Shown here: in pieces, positions 1 through 8,911 of the stretch | Layout: every line of letters starts with the position of its first letter | Position numbering within the stretch: position 1 is the stretch's first letter | Source: an uncultured Actinomycetota bacterium | GTDB taxonomy: Bacteria > Actinomycetota > Actinomycetes > Propionibacteriales > Nocardioidaceae | NCBI GenBank assembly: GCA_963712145.1 | Contig: CAVQGT010000002.1 | Location: 294,678 to 358,677 of the forward strand | Reading direction: 5' to 3' | DNA: 64,000 bases | Made by a program: the position numbers and the translations under genes | The notes under the pieces: model-generated | What the model was told of the DNA's origin: nothing | Seen by the model: the letters and a program-made list of their open reading frames with translations, nothing else | The model's database searches: none

Positions 1-141
1 ATTGACCAGGTTCGACAACGCGAAGTCGATCAGCCGGTAGGAGCCTCCGAAGGGCACGGCGGGCTTGGCCCGGTCCTCGGTGAGCGGCATCAGCCGTTTT
101 CCCTCGCCACCGGCGAGCACGATTCCCAGGACACGAGGCAT
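1..141 (-). CDS. glgC: Glucose-1-phosphate adenylyltransferase, N-terminal part (runs off window)
   Basis: Manual translation [47 protein letters not shown], the classic GlgC N-terminus; divergent from glgA. Confidence 0.95.
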   Translation of the reverse strand, partial: MPRVLGIVLAGGEGKRLMPLTEDRAKPAVPFGGSYRLIDFALSNLVN

Positions 142-187
142 ACCTGCACCCTAGGAGGAACCGCGCAGATCGCCTAGCCTCCACTAC

Positions 188-1342
188 ATGTTGGTGGCGA
201 TCCTGACCCGCGAGTACCCCCCGGACGTGTACGGCGGCGCCGGCGTCCACGTCGACTTCCTGGTCCGCGAGCTGCGCCGCCTGGTCGACGTGGACGTGCA
301 GTGCATGGGGGAGCCGCGCGAGGGCGCCACCGCGCACCCGGAGGACGACCCGCGGCTGGCAGGCGCCAACGCGGCGCTCCGGGTGCTCTCGACCGACCTC
401 ACGATGACCGCGGCGGTCGAGTCGGCGGCACTGGTCCACTCGCACACCTGGTACGCCGCCATGGCGGGGCACTGGGCGAAGCTGCTGTACGGCGTGCCGC
501 ACGTCGTGACCGCCCACTCGCTCGAGCCTCAGCGGCCGTGGAAGGCCGAGCAGCTCGGTGGCGGCTACCGCCTCTCGTCGTGGGCGGAGAAGACCGCCAT
601 GGAGGGCGCCGACGCGGTCGTCGCGGTGAGCGCCGGGATGCGCGACGACGTGCTCGCCGCCTACCCCGACATCGCGCCGGAGCGCGTCCACGTGATCCAC
701 AACGGCATCGACGCCGACTTCTACCGGCCCGACCCGGGCACCGACGTGCTGGAACGGATCGGCGTCGACCCCGGTCGGCCCTACGTCGCGTTCGTCGGCC
801 GGATCACCCGGCAGAAGGGCGTTCCGCACCTGCTGCGGGCCGGCATGCACCTCGACCCGTCCGTGCAGCTCGTGCTGCTGGCCGGCGCGGCGGACACCCC
901 CGAGCTCAAGACCGAGACCGACGAGCTGATCGAGGAGCTGCAGGGGAGCCGGGACGGCGTCTTCGTGGTCTCCGAGATGCTGCCGCGCGAGGAGGTCCGC
1001 CAGGTGCTGACGCATGCGCTGGCCTTCTGCTGCCCGTCGGTCTACGAGCCGCTGGGGATCGTCAACCTGGAGGCGATGGCCTGCGAGACCGCGGTCGTCG
1101 CCAGCCGCGTCGGCGGCATCCCCGAGGTGGTGGCCGACGGCGACACCGGGATCCTGGTGGACTTCACACCCGACGATCCGGCTGGGTTCGAGCAGCGGTT
1201 CGCCGATGCCGTGAACCGGCTGGCACAGGACCCCGCTGAGGCCGAGCGGATGGGGCTCGCCGGGCGCCGTCGGGCGGTCGACGAGTTCGGCTGGGACGCC
1301 GTCGCCGAGCGCACCGTGGAGCTCTACCGCTCCCTGCTCTGA
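188..1342 (+). CDS. glgA: Actinobacterial GlgA/GlgM (ADP-glucose-dependent maltose-1-phosphate synthase, GT4)
   Basis: TREYPPDVYGGAGVHV, HSHTWY, RITRQKG, YEPLGIVNLEAMAC motifs; divergent from glgC. Confidence 0.93.
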   Translation: MLVAILTREYPPDVYGGAGVHVDFLVRELRRLVDVDVQCMGEPREGATAHPEDDPRLAGANAALRVLSTDLTMTAAVESAALVHSHTWYAAMAGHWAKLLYGVPHVVTAHSLEPQRPWKAEQLGGGYRLSSWAEKTAMEGADAVVAVSAGMRDDVLAAYPDIAPERVHVIHNGIDADFYRPDPGTDVLERIGVDPGRPYVAFVGRITRQKGVPHLLRAGMHLDPSVQLVLLAGAADTPELKTETDELIEELQGSRDGVFVVSEMLPREEVRQVLTHALAFCCPSVYEPLGIVNLEAMACETAVVASRVGGIPEVVADGDTGILVDFTPDDPAGFEQRFADAVNRLAQDPAEAERMGLAGRRRAVDEFGWDAVAERTVELYRSLL

Positions 1343-1420
1343 GCGTTCGGAGCAGCCCACTCACGCGACCGCCTTCCCTATTCCGGCGACCCTGGCGCCC
1401 ACGGGTGGCAGCATGGGGGC

Positions 1421-2860
1421 ATGCGAGAGGTCGCGGTCGATGCGATGGACCTGGCCAGGCTCGGGTTGGTCATCGACCCGGACCGGGCCGAGCGACTGCG
1501 TGACTACGCCGTGCGCACCCGCGAGCTTCTGCACGGGCTCGTCGTGTGGAACGTCAACGCCACCGCGACCGGCGGCGGCGTCGCCGAGATGCTCCAGACG
1601 ATGCTCGCCTACGGCCGAGGCGCCGGCGTCGACCTCCGCTGGCGCGTGCTCGACGCGGACCCCGAGTTCTTCGCGACCACCAAGCGGCTGCACAACTTCC
1701 TGCACGGGTCTCCCGGCGACGGTGGTGAGCTCGGCGACGCCGAGCACAAGCACTACTTCGACGTCCTCGAGGAGAACCTCGCCTCCGTGGTGGAGGTGAT
1801 CCGCCCCGGCGACATCGTGCTGCTGCACGACCCGCAGACGGCGGGCCTCGTGGACGGACTGCGTGCGGCGGGTGCCCTGGTGGCGTGGCGCTGCCACATC
1901 GGCCGTGACGAGCCGAGCGAGCTCAGCGATCTCGGCTGGGAGTTCCTGCGGACCTACGCCGAGCGGGCGGACGCCTTCGTGTTCTCCCGGAGGCAGTACG
2001 CCCCGTCCTGGGTCCCCGAGGAGAAGCTCTGGGTGATCGCGCCTTCCCTCGACCCGTTCAGCGCCAAGAACGTCGAGCTGAGCCTCCCGGACGTGCTGAC
2101 CACCCTGCGCGTGGCCGGGCTCGTGGACACGCCGCCGAACGGCGGCAGCCTGGAGTTCGTACGTCGTACCGGCGAGCCCGGGACCGTCCGACCCCGGGGC
2201 AGCCTCATGATCGACGGTCCGCCCGTGCCTCGTGACGCCCGCATCGCGCTCCAGGTCAGCCGTTGGGACCGGCTCAAGGACATGCAGGGGGTCCTCACCG
2301 GCTTCGTCGACCACATCGACGAGATGCCTGATGACGCCCACCTGGTCCTGGCCGGACCCGACGTGCTGGGCGTCACGGACGACCCCGAGGGAGCCGAGGT
2401 GCTGGCGGAGTGCCGGGCCGTGCGTTCGGCGCTCCCGGAGGACGTGCGGAGTCGGGTGCACCTGACGGCGCTGCCGATGGACGACGGCGACGAGAACGCG
2501 CACCTGGTCAACGCCCTGCAGCGCTACGCGTCCGTGGTCGTGCAGAAGAGCCTCGTCGAGGGCTTCGGTCTCACCGTGACGGAGCCGATGTGGAAGGCGC
2601 GCCCGGTCGTGGCCTCCGCGATCGGCGGGATCCTCGACCAGATCGACGACGGGGTGAGCGGGCTGCTGATCCAGGACCCGGCCGACCTCGCGGCGATGGC
2701 GCGCGCCGTAGCCGCGGTGCTCCTCGACGAGGAGCTCGCCGCGCGGCTCGGTGCCCAGGCCCATGCCCGGGTCCGGGACCGCTTCCTCGGGGACCGGCAC
2801 CTGATCCAGTACGCCCAACTGTTCGACACGATGCTCGGCGGCGGACCCGGCGTGGGCTGA
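1421..2860 (+). CDS. GT4 glycosyltransferase, TreT-like trehalose synthase
   Basis: NATATGGGVAE, LHDPQ, WRCHIG, QVSRWDRLKD, QKSLVEGFGLTVTEPMWK resemble the TreT family. Confidence 0.75.
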   Translation: MREVAVDAMDLARLGLVIDPDRAERLRDYAVRTRELLHGLVVWNVNATATGGGVAEMLQTMLAYGRGAGVDLRWRVLDADPEFFATTKRLHNFLHGSPGDGGELGDAEHKHYFDVLEENLASVVEVIRPGDIVLLHDPQTAGLVDGLRAAGALVAWRCHIGRDEPSELSDLGWEFLRTYAERADAFVFSRRQYAPSWVPEEKLWVIAPSLDPFSAKNVELSLPDVLTTLRVAGLVDTPPNGGSLEFVRRTGEPGTVRPRGSLMIDGPPVPRDARIALQVSRWDRLKDMQGVLTGFVDHIDEMPDDAHLVLAGPDVLGVTDDPEGAEVLAECRAVRSALPEDVRSRVHLTALPMDDGDENAHLVNALQRYASVVVQKSLVEGFGLTVTEPMWKARPVVASAIGGILDQIDDGVSGLLIQDPADLAAMARAVAAVLLDEELAARLGAQAHARVRDRFLGDRHLIQYAQLFDTMLGGGPGVG

Positions 2861-2867
2861 GGCCGGG

Positions 2868-3194
2868 TCAGCGCTTCCCGGCGTCCTCGACGCACAGGAC
2901 CGCCCACGGAAGGGCCTGCAGCCTCCCGTCGCCGATCGGCTTCCCGCACCCGTCGCAGGTCCCGTAGCTGCCCTCCTCGAGCTTGACGAGGGCACGGTCC
3001 ACGTCGGCGAGCGTGACCTGGAGCTTGTCGTGCACGCCCACCTGGGAGAGCCGGTCCACGGCCATCGACGTCCCTTCGCCGACCCGCTTGCCGAAGGAGA
3101 TCGACCCCTGCTCGTCGGGCTGCGCCGAGACCAGTCCCATCTGCTCCTCGAGCTCGGCCTTCTTGGCCAGCAGCACCGCTGCGACGTCATCCAT
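2868..3194 (-). CDS. TraR/DksA C4-type zinc finger protein
   Basis: YGTCDGCGKPIGDGRLQALPWAVLCVED; start at 3194 or 3206. Confidence 0.85.
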   Translation of the reverse strand: MDDVAAVLLAKKAELEEQMGLVSAQPDEQGSISFGKRVGEGTSMAVDRLSQVGVHDKLQVTLADVDRALVKLEEGSYGTCDGCGKPIGDGRLQALPWAVLCVEDAGKR

Positions 3195-3315
3195 ACCGGC
3201 CATCATGCGCCCAGGAGCAGCATGCAGAGCGCACCGGCCGTCGAGGCGGCGTACTGCTCGCCACCGCTGCCCGCTCTCGGACCTGCCCGCCGGCTGGGTA
3301 CCCTGTACGGCGCAC

Positions 3316-3391
3316 GCCCCAGTAGCTCAGTGGATAGAGCAGCCGCCTCCTAAGCGAAAGGTCGCCAGTTCGACTCTGGCCTGGGGCACCA
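3316..3391 (+). tRNA. tRNA-Arg(CCT)
   Basis: GCCCCAG/CTGGGGC acceptor stem, D arm GCTC/GAGC, loop CT-CCT-AA, TTCGACT T loop, encoded CCA; anticodon stem has two mismatches. Confidence 0.9.
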
Positions 3392-3430
3392 GCCGTCACG
3401 CAGACCGACCGACGCCCCTCGAGGCCAGGA

Positions 3431-4003
3431 GTGATGATGATCCGGCTCGCCGCCCTGCTCGCGACCGTGCTGATGGTGGGGGCCTGCAGCACGTCCGACC
3501 ACAACGACGCCGACGTCGCGTTCGCGACCGACATGATCGAGCACCACGCGCAGGCCATCCAGATGGCCAACTTCACCATCGGCCGCGAGGGGATCGACCC
3601 CCGAGTCGCCGAGCTCGCCGAGGAGATCCGGATCGAGCAGACCCAGGAGATCGACACGATGTCCGAGTGGCTGCGCGAATGGGGTGAGCCGGTCCCCGAG
3701 ACGGGTTTCGCCACCGGCGACTCCCACTCGCACGAGGAGAAGGGCTACGCAGCCGACGACCACGGCGACATGCCGGGCATGATGTCCGGCGCGGAGCTGG
3801 AGAAGCTCGCCGAGGCACCGGACGCCGAGTTCGTCTCGATGTGGATCGAGATGATGATCGCGCACCACGAGGGCGCGATCACGATGGCGGGCGAGGTCCA
3901 GGACGACGGCAAGCACGACGGAGTGGCCGAGCTCGCGGCCGACATCGAGGCCGTCCAGAGGGTCGAGGTCAAGGACCTCGAGCGCTGGCAGGACGCGGCG
4001 TAG
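3431..4003 (+). CDS. DUF305 family lipoprotein
   Basis: Lipobox VGAC; DVAFATDMIEHHAQAI and MIAHHEGAI ferritin-like repeats. Confidence 0.88.
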   Translation: MMMIRLAALLATVLMVGACSTSDHNDADVAFATDMIEHHAQAIQMANFTIGREGIDPRVAELAEEIRIEQTQEIDTMSEWLREWGEPVPETGFATGDSHSHEEKGYAADDHGDMPGMMSGAELEKLAEAPDAEFVSMWIEMMIAHHEGAITMAGEVQDDGKHDGVAELAADIEAVQRVEVKDLERWQDAA

Positions 4004-4168
4004 GTCACATCGGATTTCGTCGCCCGCGGCGTAGTTGGCATCATGGGGGTGGCAGCTTCTCCGCTGTGAGCCTCCCTCGGGCAGTCCGCGGGCGGCGCGA
4101 AGTCGCTGAGTACCCTCCACCGTGGCCCACGGCACCTCGTGGCCGCTCACACCTACCGCAGGACCTGC

Positions 4169-5344
4169 ATGTCGTCTCACACGCCGCGTCACCGTGACCG
4201 GGTGCCTCGTCACCGCGTCATGAAGGCCGTCGCCATCTCGGTGGCCACGGTCCTCGTCGTCGCGCTCACGGGTGGGTTCTTCGTCTACCGCCACCTCGAG
4301 GGCAACATCACCGCGATGGACGTCGAGGACGCGCTCGGAGACGACCGGCCCGAGGAGATCATCAAGGACAACGTCGAGCACAAGCCGCTCAACGTCCTGC
4401 TGCTCGGCTCGGACACCCGGGAGGGTCAGGGGAACAACATCGGCGGTGAGACCCCGGGTCTCTCCGACACCACGATCCTGCTGCACCTGTCGGCGAACCG
4501 GGAGCGCGCGTACGGCGTCAGCATCCCCCGGGACTCGATGGTCCAGCGGCCGGAGTGTGAGCGCAAGGACGGCCAGGGCACCGACCCGGGCGGGCTGAGC
4601 ATGTTCAACGTGGCCTACGCGATCGGCGGGCCCGCCTGCACGATCAAGACGGTCGAGTCGCTCACTGACATCCGGGTCAACCACTTCGTGGTGATCGACT
4701 TCAACGGCTTCAAGAGCATGGTCGACGCCCTCGGTGGCGTCCCCGTGTGCGTGCCCGAGGAGGTCAACGACGACATCGGCAAGATCTACCTCCCGGCCGG
4801 CTCCTACGAGGTCAAGGGCCAGCAGGCGCTGAGCTACGTCCGCCTGCGCCACGGGCTCTCGGAGAACGGCGACATCGGCCGGATGAAGCGCCAGCAGGCG
4901 TTCCTCGCGTCGATGGCGAACAAGGCGATCTCGGCCGGCACCCTGCTCAACCCGGTGCGGCTCTACAACTTCCTCGACGCGGCGACCAAGTCGCTGACCA
5001 CCGACCCCGAGCTGGCCAGCCTCAACAAGCTCCGCGGCCTCGCCGGGCAGCTCAAGGACATCGGCCTCAAGCAGATCCAGTTCCTGACGGTGCCGTTCGA
5101 GTCCTACGAGCCGGACCCCAACCGGCTCCAGTTCGCGCCGGAGGCCGAGGAGCTGTGGGAGCGGATCCGCAACGACGAGCCGCTGCCCAGCAAGTTCGGC
5201 AAGGACGTGACCTCGGCGGCCGAGGGGCCGGGCGAGGAGTCACCCGGCCCGTCGACCGACCCGAGCCCCAGCAACGACCCCAAGGAGCAGGCGAAGGCCG
5301 CCGCCCGTGCTCGGGCCGCCGCCGAGAACGGCCTCTGCGCCTAG
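4169..5344 (+). CDS. LCP (LytR-CpsA-Psr) family cell-wall glycopolymer transferase
   Basis: N-terminal TM helix; LLLGSDTR, SDT, SIPRD, VRLRH, GDIGRMKRQQ motifs. Confidence 0.92.
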   Translation: MSSHTPRHRDRVPRHRVMKAVAISVATVLVVALTGGFFVYRHLEGNITAMDVEDALGDDRPEEIIKDNVEHKPLNVLLLGSDTREGQGNNIGGETPGLSDTTILLHLSANRERAYGVSIPRDSMVQRPECERKDGQGTDPGGLSMFNVAYAIGGPACTIKTVESLTDIRVNHFVVIDFNGFKSMVDALGGVPVCVPEEVNDDIGKIYLPAGSYEVKGQQALSYVRLRHGLSENGDIGRMKRQQAFLASMANKAISAGTLLNPVRLYNFLDAATKSLTTDPELASLNKLRGLAGQLKDIGLKQIQFLTVPFESYEPDPNRLQFAPEAEELWERIRNDEPLPSKFGKDVTSAAEGPGEESPGPSTDPSPSNDPKEQAKAAARARAAAENGLCA

Positions 5345-5904
5345 CTGGTGCGCTGCGCGAGCTGCTCGACGAGCGCCTTGGTGAAGGCGGGCAGGTCGTC
5401 GGGGTTCCGGCTCGTGACCAGGTTGCCGTCGACGACGACCTCCTCGTCGACCCAGGTGCCACCGGCGTTGCGGATGTCGGTCCGCAGGCTGGGCCACGAG
5501 GTCAGGGTCCGCCCGGAGAGGACGCCCGCCTCGACCAGCGACCAGGCCGCGTGACAGATCGCCGCCACGGGCTTCCCGGCGTCGAAGAACCCGCGCACGA
5601 ACGCCATCGCGTCCTCGTCGGTGCGCAGGGCGTCGGGGTTGGCGACGCCGCCTGGAAGCACCAGCCCGTCGAAGTCGGCTGGGTCAGCCTCTTGCGCCGA
5701 GACGTCGACCGCGAAGGTGTCCGCCTTGTCGAGGTGGTGGAAGGCCTGCACCGTGCCGGCCTCGGGGGAGACCAGCTTCGGCGTGCCGCCGGCCTCCTCG
5801 ACGGCCTGCCACGGCTCGGTGAGCTCGACCTGCTCGATCCCCTCGGCGGCGACCAGAAAGGCGACCGTCCTGCCCTGGAGTGCCCGGGATGCGTCCTTCG
5901 TCAT
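5341..5904 (-). CDS. PfpI/DJ-1 family protein (type 1 glutamine amidotransferase-like)
   Basis: GIEQVEL, LPGG, AAICHA, VTSRNPDD; SD GAGGA before ATG 5904. Confidence 0.92.
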   Translation of the reverse strand: MTKDASRALQGRTVAFLVAAEGIEQVELTEPWQAVEEAGGTPKLVSPEAGTVQAFHHLDKADTFAVDVSAQEADPADFDGLVLPGGVANPDALRTDEDAMAFVRGFFDAGKPVAAICHAAWSLVEAGVLSGRTLTSWPSLRTDIRNAGGTWVDEEVVVDGNLVTSRNPDDLPAFTKALVEQLAQRTS

Positions 5905-6148
5905 GCTCTTCCTCCTGTGTTCCCTTCTTCGATTTCGCGGCGAAGGGTCGGTACCGCACGAGATCACGCCGCAAACGTCGGGAATATCTCCGTCATCAGC
6001 AGGCCGGCGTCGAAGATTTGACGGCCAATCGGACCGTTCAGGTTGCCGTTACCAAGCCGTTATCGGAGACTTGTCATCGGGGGATGCCGGGTGACCAGGC
6101 CCCGGAACCCGAATCAGCTGGGGGAGCTAACGAGATGGAAGGCCTCGC

Positions 6149-7066
6149 GTGAAGGTCGCAGTCACCGGTGCTACCGGCGTGATCGGCACGTCCGCCGTGT
6201 CCGCGCTCGTCGCGGCGGGCCACGACGTGACGGCGCTGGCACGTACGCCGGAGAAGGCTGCGCTCGTCCGTGGGCTGGGTGCCACCCCCGTCCTGTCCGG
6301 TCTCGGTGACCACGCGGGCCTCGTCGGCCTGTTCACCGCCGCCGACGCCGTCTGCAACTTCGCCACGAGCATCCCCGTCGGCTACGCCGGCGCCCGACCC
6401 GGCGCTTGGCGCAGCAACGACCGGCTGCGCATGGACGGCGTGCGTCGGATCGTGGCCGCCGCCCGCGAGGCCGGGGTCCGCCGGATCGTGCAGGAGAGCG
6501 TCTCCTTCCTCTACGCCGACCACGGGGACGACTGGGTCACCGAGGGGTCGCCGCTCGACATCACTCCCGCGACCGAGCCCGCGACCGTGGCCGAGTCCCA
6601 GGTGCAGGGCTACCGCTGCGACTCACGCGTCGGGGTGGTGCTGCGCTTCGGCCTCATCGTCGGCAACGACGCGATGACCCGCTGGCAGCTCCGATCGGCC
6701 GACCGGGGCCGCCCGATCGGCATGGGCCGACCGGACGGATGGCTGCACGCCGTACACACCGACGACCTCGGCTCGGCCGTGACCGCCGCCCTCCAGGCCC
6801 CCAGTGGCGTCTACAACGTGGGGGCCGAGCCGGTCCGGCGCCGCGACTACGTGCAGGCGTACGCCGACACGGTGGGCCGTGCCTCGGTGGGCTTCCTCGG
6901 CCCCGTGCTCAGCCGACTGGCGGGATCGCGGGCCGAGCCACTGACCCGGTCGCTGCGCGTCAGCTCGGACCACTTCACGGCCACCACGGGCTGGACCCCG
7001 CGGCACGCCACGTTCGACTCGTCCTGGTTCGATGCCGTCACGACACCCCGGTCGGTGATGCAGTGA
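6149..7066 (+). CDS. NAD-dependent epimerase/dehydratase family protein
   Basis: N-terminal VTGATGVIG Rossmann motif. Confidence 0.85.
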   Translation: MKVAVTGATGVIGTSAVSALVAAGHDVTALARTPEKAALVRGLGATPVLSGLGDHAGLVGLFTAADAVCNFATSIPVGYAGARPGAWRSNDRLRMDGVRRIVAAAREAGVRRIVQESVSFLYADHGDDWVTEGSPLDITPATEPATVAESQVQGYRCDSRVGVVLRFGLIVGNDAMTRWQLRSADRGRPIGMGRPDGWLHAVHTDDLGSAVTAALQAPSGVYNVGAEPVRRRDYVQAYADTVGRASVGFLGPVLSRLAGSRAEPLTRSLRVSSDHFTATTGWTPRHATFDSSWFDAVTTPRSVMQ

Positions 7067-7254
7067 CCGGCGAGCGGGACGAACCCGACCAGCCCGACGC
7101 CCGGACGGAGGCGGCCCGGCAGAAGCGGCGGGCCCGGGTCTTCGGGGACGTGCTGCCGGAGAGCACGTCCGACGACCGCGGCGACACCTGGGGCGACCAG
7201 GACCACAGTGCCGACGACTGGCTGCGTCGGCAGGTGCCCCCGCACCACGGCTGA
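7063..7254 (+). CDS. Small (63 aa) hypothetical protein
   Basis: GTGA start/stop overlap with the upstream gene; GC3-rich codons; RARVFGDVLPE...WLRRQVPPHHG. Confidence 0.7.
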   Translation: MTGERDEPDQPDARTEAARQKRRARVFGDVLPESTSDDRGDTWGDQDHSADDWLRRQVPPHHG

Positions 7255-7296
7255 CCCGGTCAGCCACGGCGCAGGGGCCGCCGCGTGAGGGTTCGG

Positions 7297-7665
7297 TCAG
7301 ACCGTCCCGCCCGGACTGCCGGTCGAGCGGCCCTGCGCGAGCAGGTCCCGGATCTCGGTGAGCAGCGCGACGTCGGCTGGCTCGCCCGGCGCCTCGGAGG
7401 GGAAGAACTTCTCCTTGGCCTTGGTGTAAGGCATCACGATCGCGAAGTAGACGACGGCGGCGATCAGGACGAACGCGATGATCGCGTTGCCGAACGCCCC
7501 GCCCTCGGTGCTGCCGTCAAAGGCTTCGGCGGCCGCCTTCGGGAGCAGGCTGGTGAGCCACGCGACGAAGGTCGTGACCACCGATGCGAAGGCTGCGGCC
7601 ATGATGAACGCGACCGCGAGCTCGATCAGGTTTCCGCGGAGCAGGAAGTTCTTGAAGCCGTTCAT
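7297..7665 (-). CDS. mscL: Large-conductance mechanosensitive channel
   Basis: FKNFLLRGNLIELAVA and LLTEIRDLL signatures. Confidence 0.95.
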   Translation of the reverse strand: MNGFKNFLLRGNLIELAVAFIMAAAFASVVTTFVAWLTSLLPKAAAEAFDGSTEGGAFGNAIIAFVLIAAVVYFAIVMPYTKAKEKFFPSEAPGEPADVALLTEIRDLLAQGRSTGSPGGTV

Positions 7666-7721
7666 GGGTCTCCCGTTCAGGCCCTGAGCTGGGCCGCTGG
7701 TGGTGCTGGCTAGACCGGAGG

Positions 7722-8357
7722 CTAGCGAACCAGCACGACCGACAGGAACGAGGTCACTCCGGCGCCCGCCAGCTCGCGCGCGGTCGTCGCGTCCACGGCC
7801 AGCACCACCAGCGCGCCGGAGACGAGGCTCGGGTCGGAGCGGCGGCGGGGCGGCACGGCGATCACGGGGACCGTGTCGGCGACGGTAACCGCTCCCGCAT
7901 CGCCCTGCGGGTCGGCGGCCAGCACCGTCACCCGGTCACCCACCCGCAGCAGGTCCACGGACGCCGCGTCCCCGATGCGCACCGGCGCCGCGACGGCTCC
8001 CGGGTAGCGGTCGAGCAGGCCGCGGCCGAGCAGGCGTACGTCGGTCAGTGGCTCGCCCGCCCGGACGGGCCCGACCGTCGTGCGGCCCACCGCCTCGCCC
8101 AGCGTCAGCACGCCGTCCGGCACGCTCGCCGGGTCGAAGGCGGCCGGGACCAGGTCGCCGGTGGCGACCCTGGTGCCGGGTGGCAGGTCACGCGCCGCGG
8201 TCAGCACGGTCGTCCGCGGCGGCGGGGGAGCGGCGTTGACCTGGAGGGCGGTCGCCACCGCCAGGGCGGCGCACAGGGCGGCGAGCAGGCGACGTCGCGC
8301 CAGCACGAGGCGCCGGAGGCGACGGAACAGGGCAGCAGGGGCCGCGGCTGAGGTCAT
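7722..8357 (-). CDS. SAF/CpaB-domain protein (Rv0990c-like)
   Basis: AARDLPPG SAF motif; conserved position between mscL and FmdB. Confidence 0.8.
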   Translation of the reverse strand: MTSAAAPAALFRRLRRLVLARRRLLAALCAALAVATALQVNAAPPPPRTTVLTAARDLPPGTRVATGDLVPAAFDPASVPDGVLTLGEAVGRTTVGPVRAGEPLTDVRLLGRGLLDRYPGAVAAPVRIGDAASVDLLRVGDRVTVLAADPQGDAGAVTVADTVPVIAVPPRRRSDPSLVSGALVVLAVDATTARELAGAGVTSFLSVVLVR

Positions 8358-8424
8358 CCTCCGAGGCTAGGAAGAAACCGGCGCGCGTGCGTCCGGCTGT
8401 CCACAGGGGGCGGCCGCCCCGGGG

Positions 8425-8742
8425 TCAGGCAGCGGGGGAGGCGGCCTTCGTCTCGGACTTGGTCGAGGAGCCGGCGGAGGACGAGTCGCTCTTCGCGGTG
8501 CCGGACGACGCGTCCGAGGAGCCGTTCGAGGTGCTCGCCGCGACGGTGCTCGGCGACTTGGCGTCGGACCGGTTGTCCGTGCGGTAGAAGCCGGAGCCCT
8601 TGAACACGACGCCGACCGCGTTGAAGACCTTGCGGAGCCGGCCCTCGCACTGCGGGCAGACGGTCAGCGAGTCCTCGCTGAAGCTCTGGAACTGCTCGAA
8701 GGCGTGGTCGCACTCGGTGCAGGCGTACTGGTAGGTCGGCAC
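8425..8742 (-). CDS. FmdB-family zinc-ribbon protein (Rv0991c/Ruc-like)
   Basis: PTYQYACTEC...CPQC...FKGSGFYRTD with Ser-rich tail; GTG start at 8742. Confidence 0.92.
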   Translation of the reverse strand: MPTYQYACTECDHAFEQFQSFSEDSLTVCPQCEGRLRKVFNAVGVVFKGSGFYRTDNRSDAKSPSTVAASTSNGSSDASSGTAKSDSSSAGSSTKSETKAASPAA

Positions 8743-8793
8743 GGGTCCTCCACGGATCATCAACGGTGACCCCCTGCTCGCGGCACCGGACGG

Positions 8794-8820
8794 TTGGCAC
8801 TCAGGGGGTTCGACTGCCAA
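8794..8820. promoter_or_regulatory. CIRCE element (HrcA operator) upstream of the FmdB-family gene
   Basis: TTGGCACTC-N9-GACTGCCAA vs consensus TTAGCACTC-N9-GAGTGCTAA; the M. tuberculosis orthologue Rv0991c is HrcA-regulated. Confidence 0.85.
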
Positions 8821-8911
8821 TTATTCCAACCACGAGCCGTTTCGTAAACTTCCCGCCTCCTCACACCCGCCCGTGCGCTGGCGGACCGGGGAGTCCGGCA
8901 CAATTGCGGCC

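Noticed and set aside
170-190. Many leaderless starts (TAGNNT 6-7 nt before the start at glgA, UGPase, rsmA, tamR, ligD-pol)
   Set aside because: Real but ordinary for Actinobacteria.
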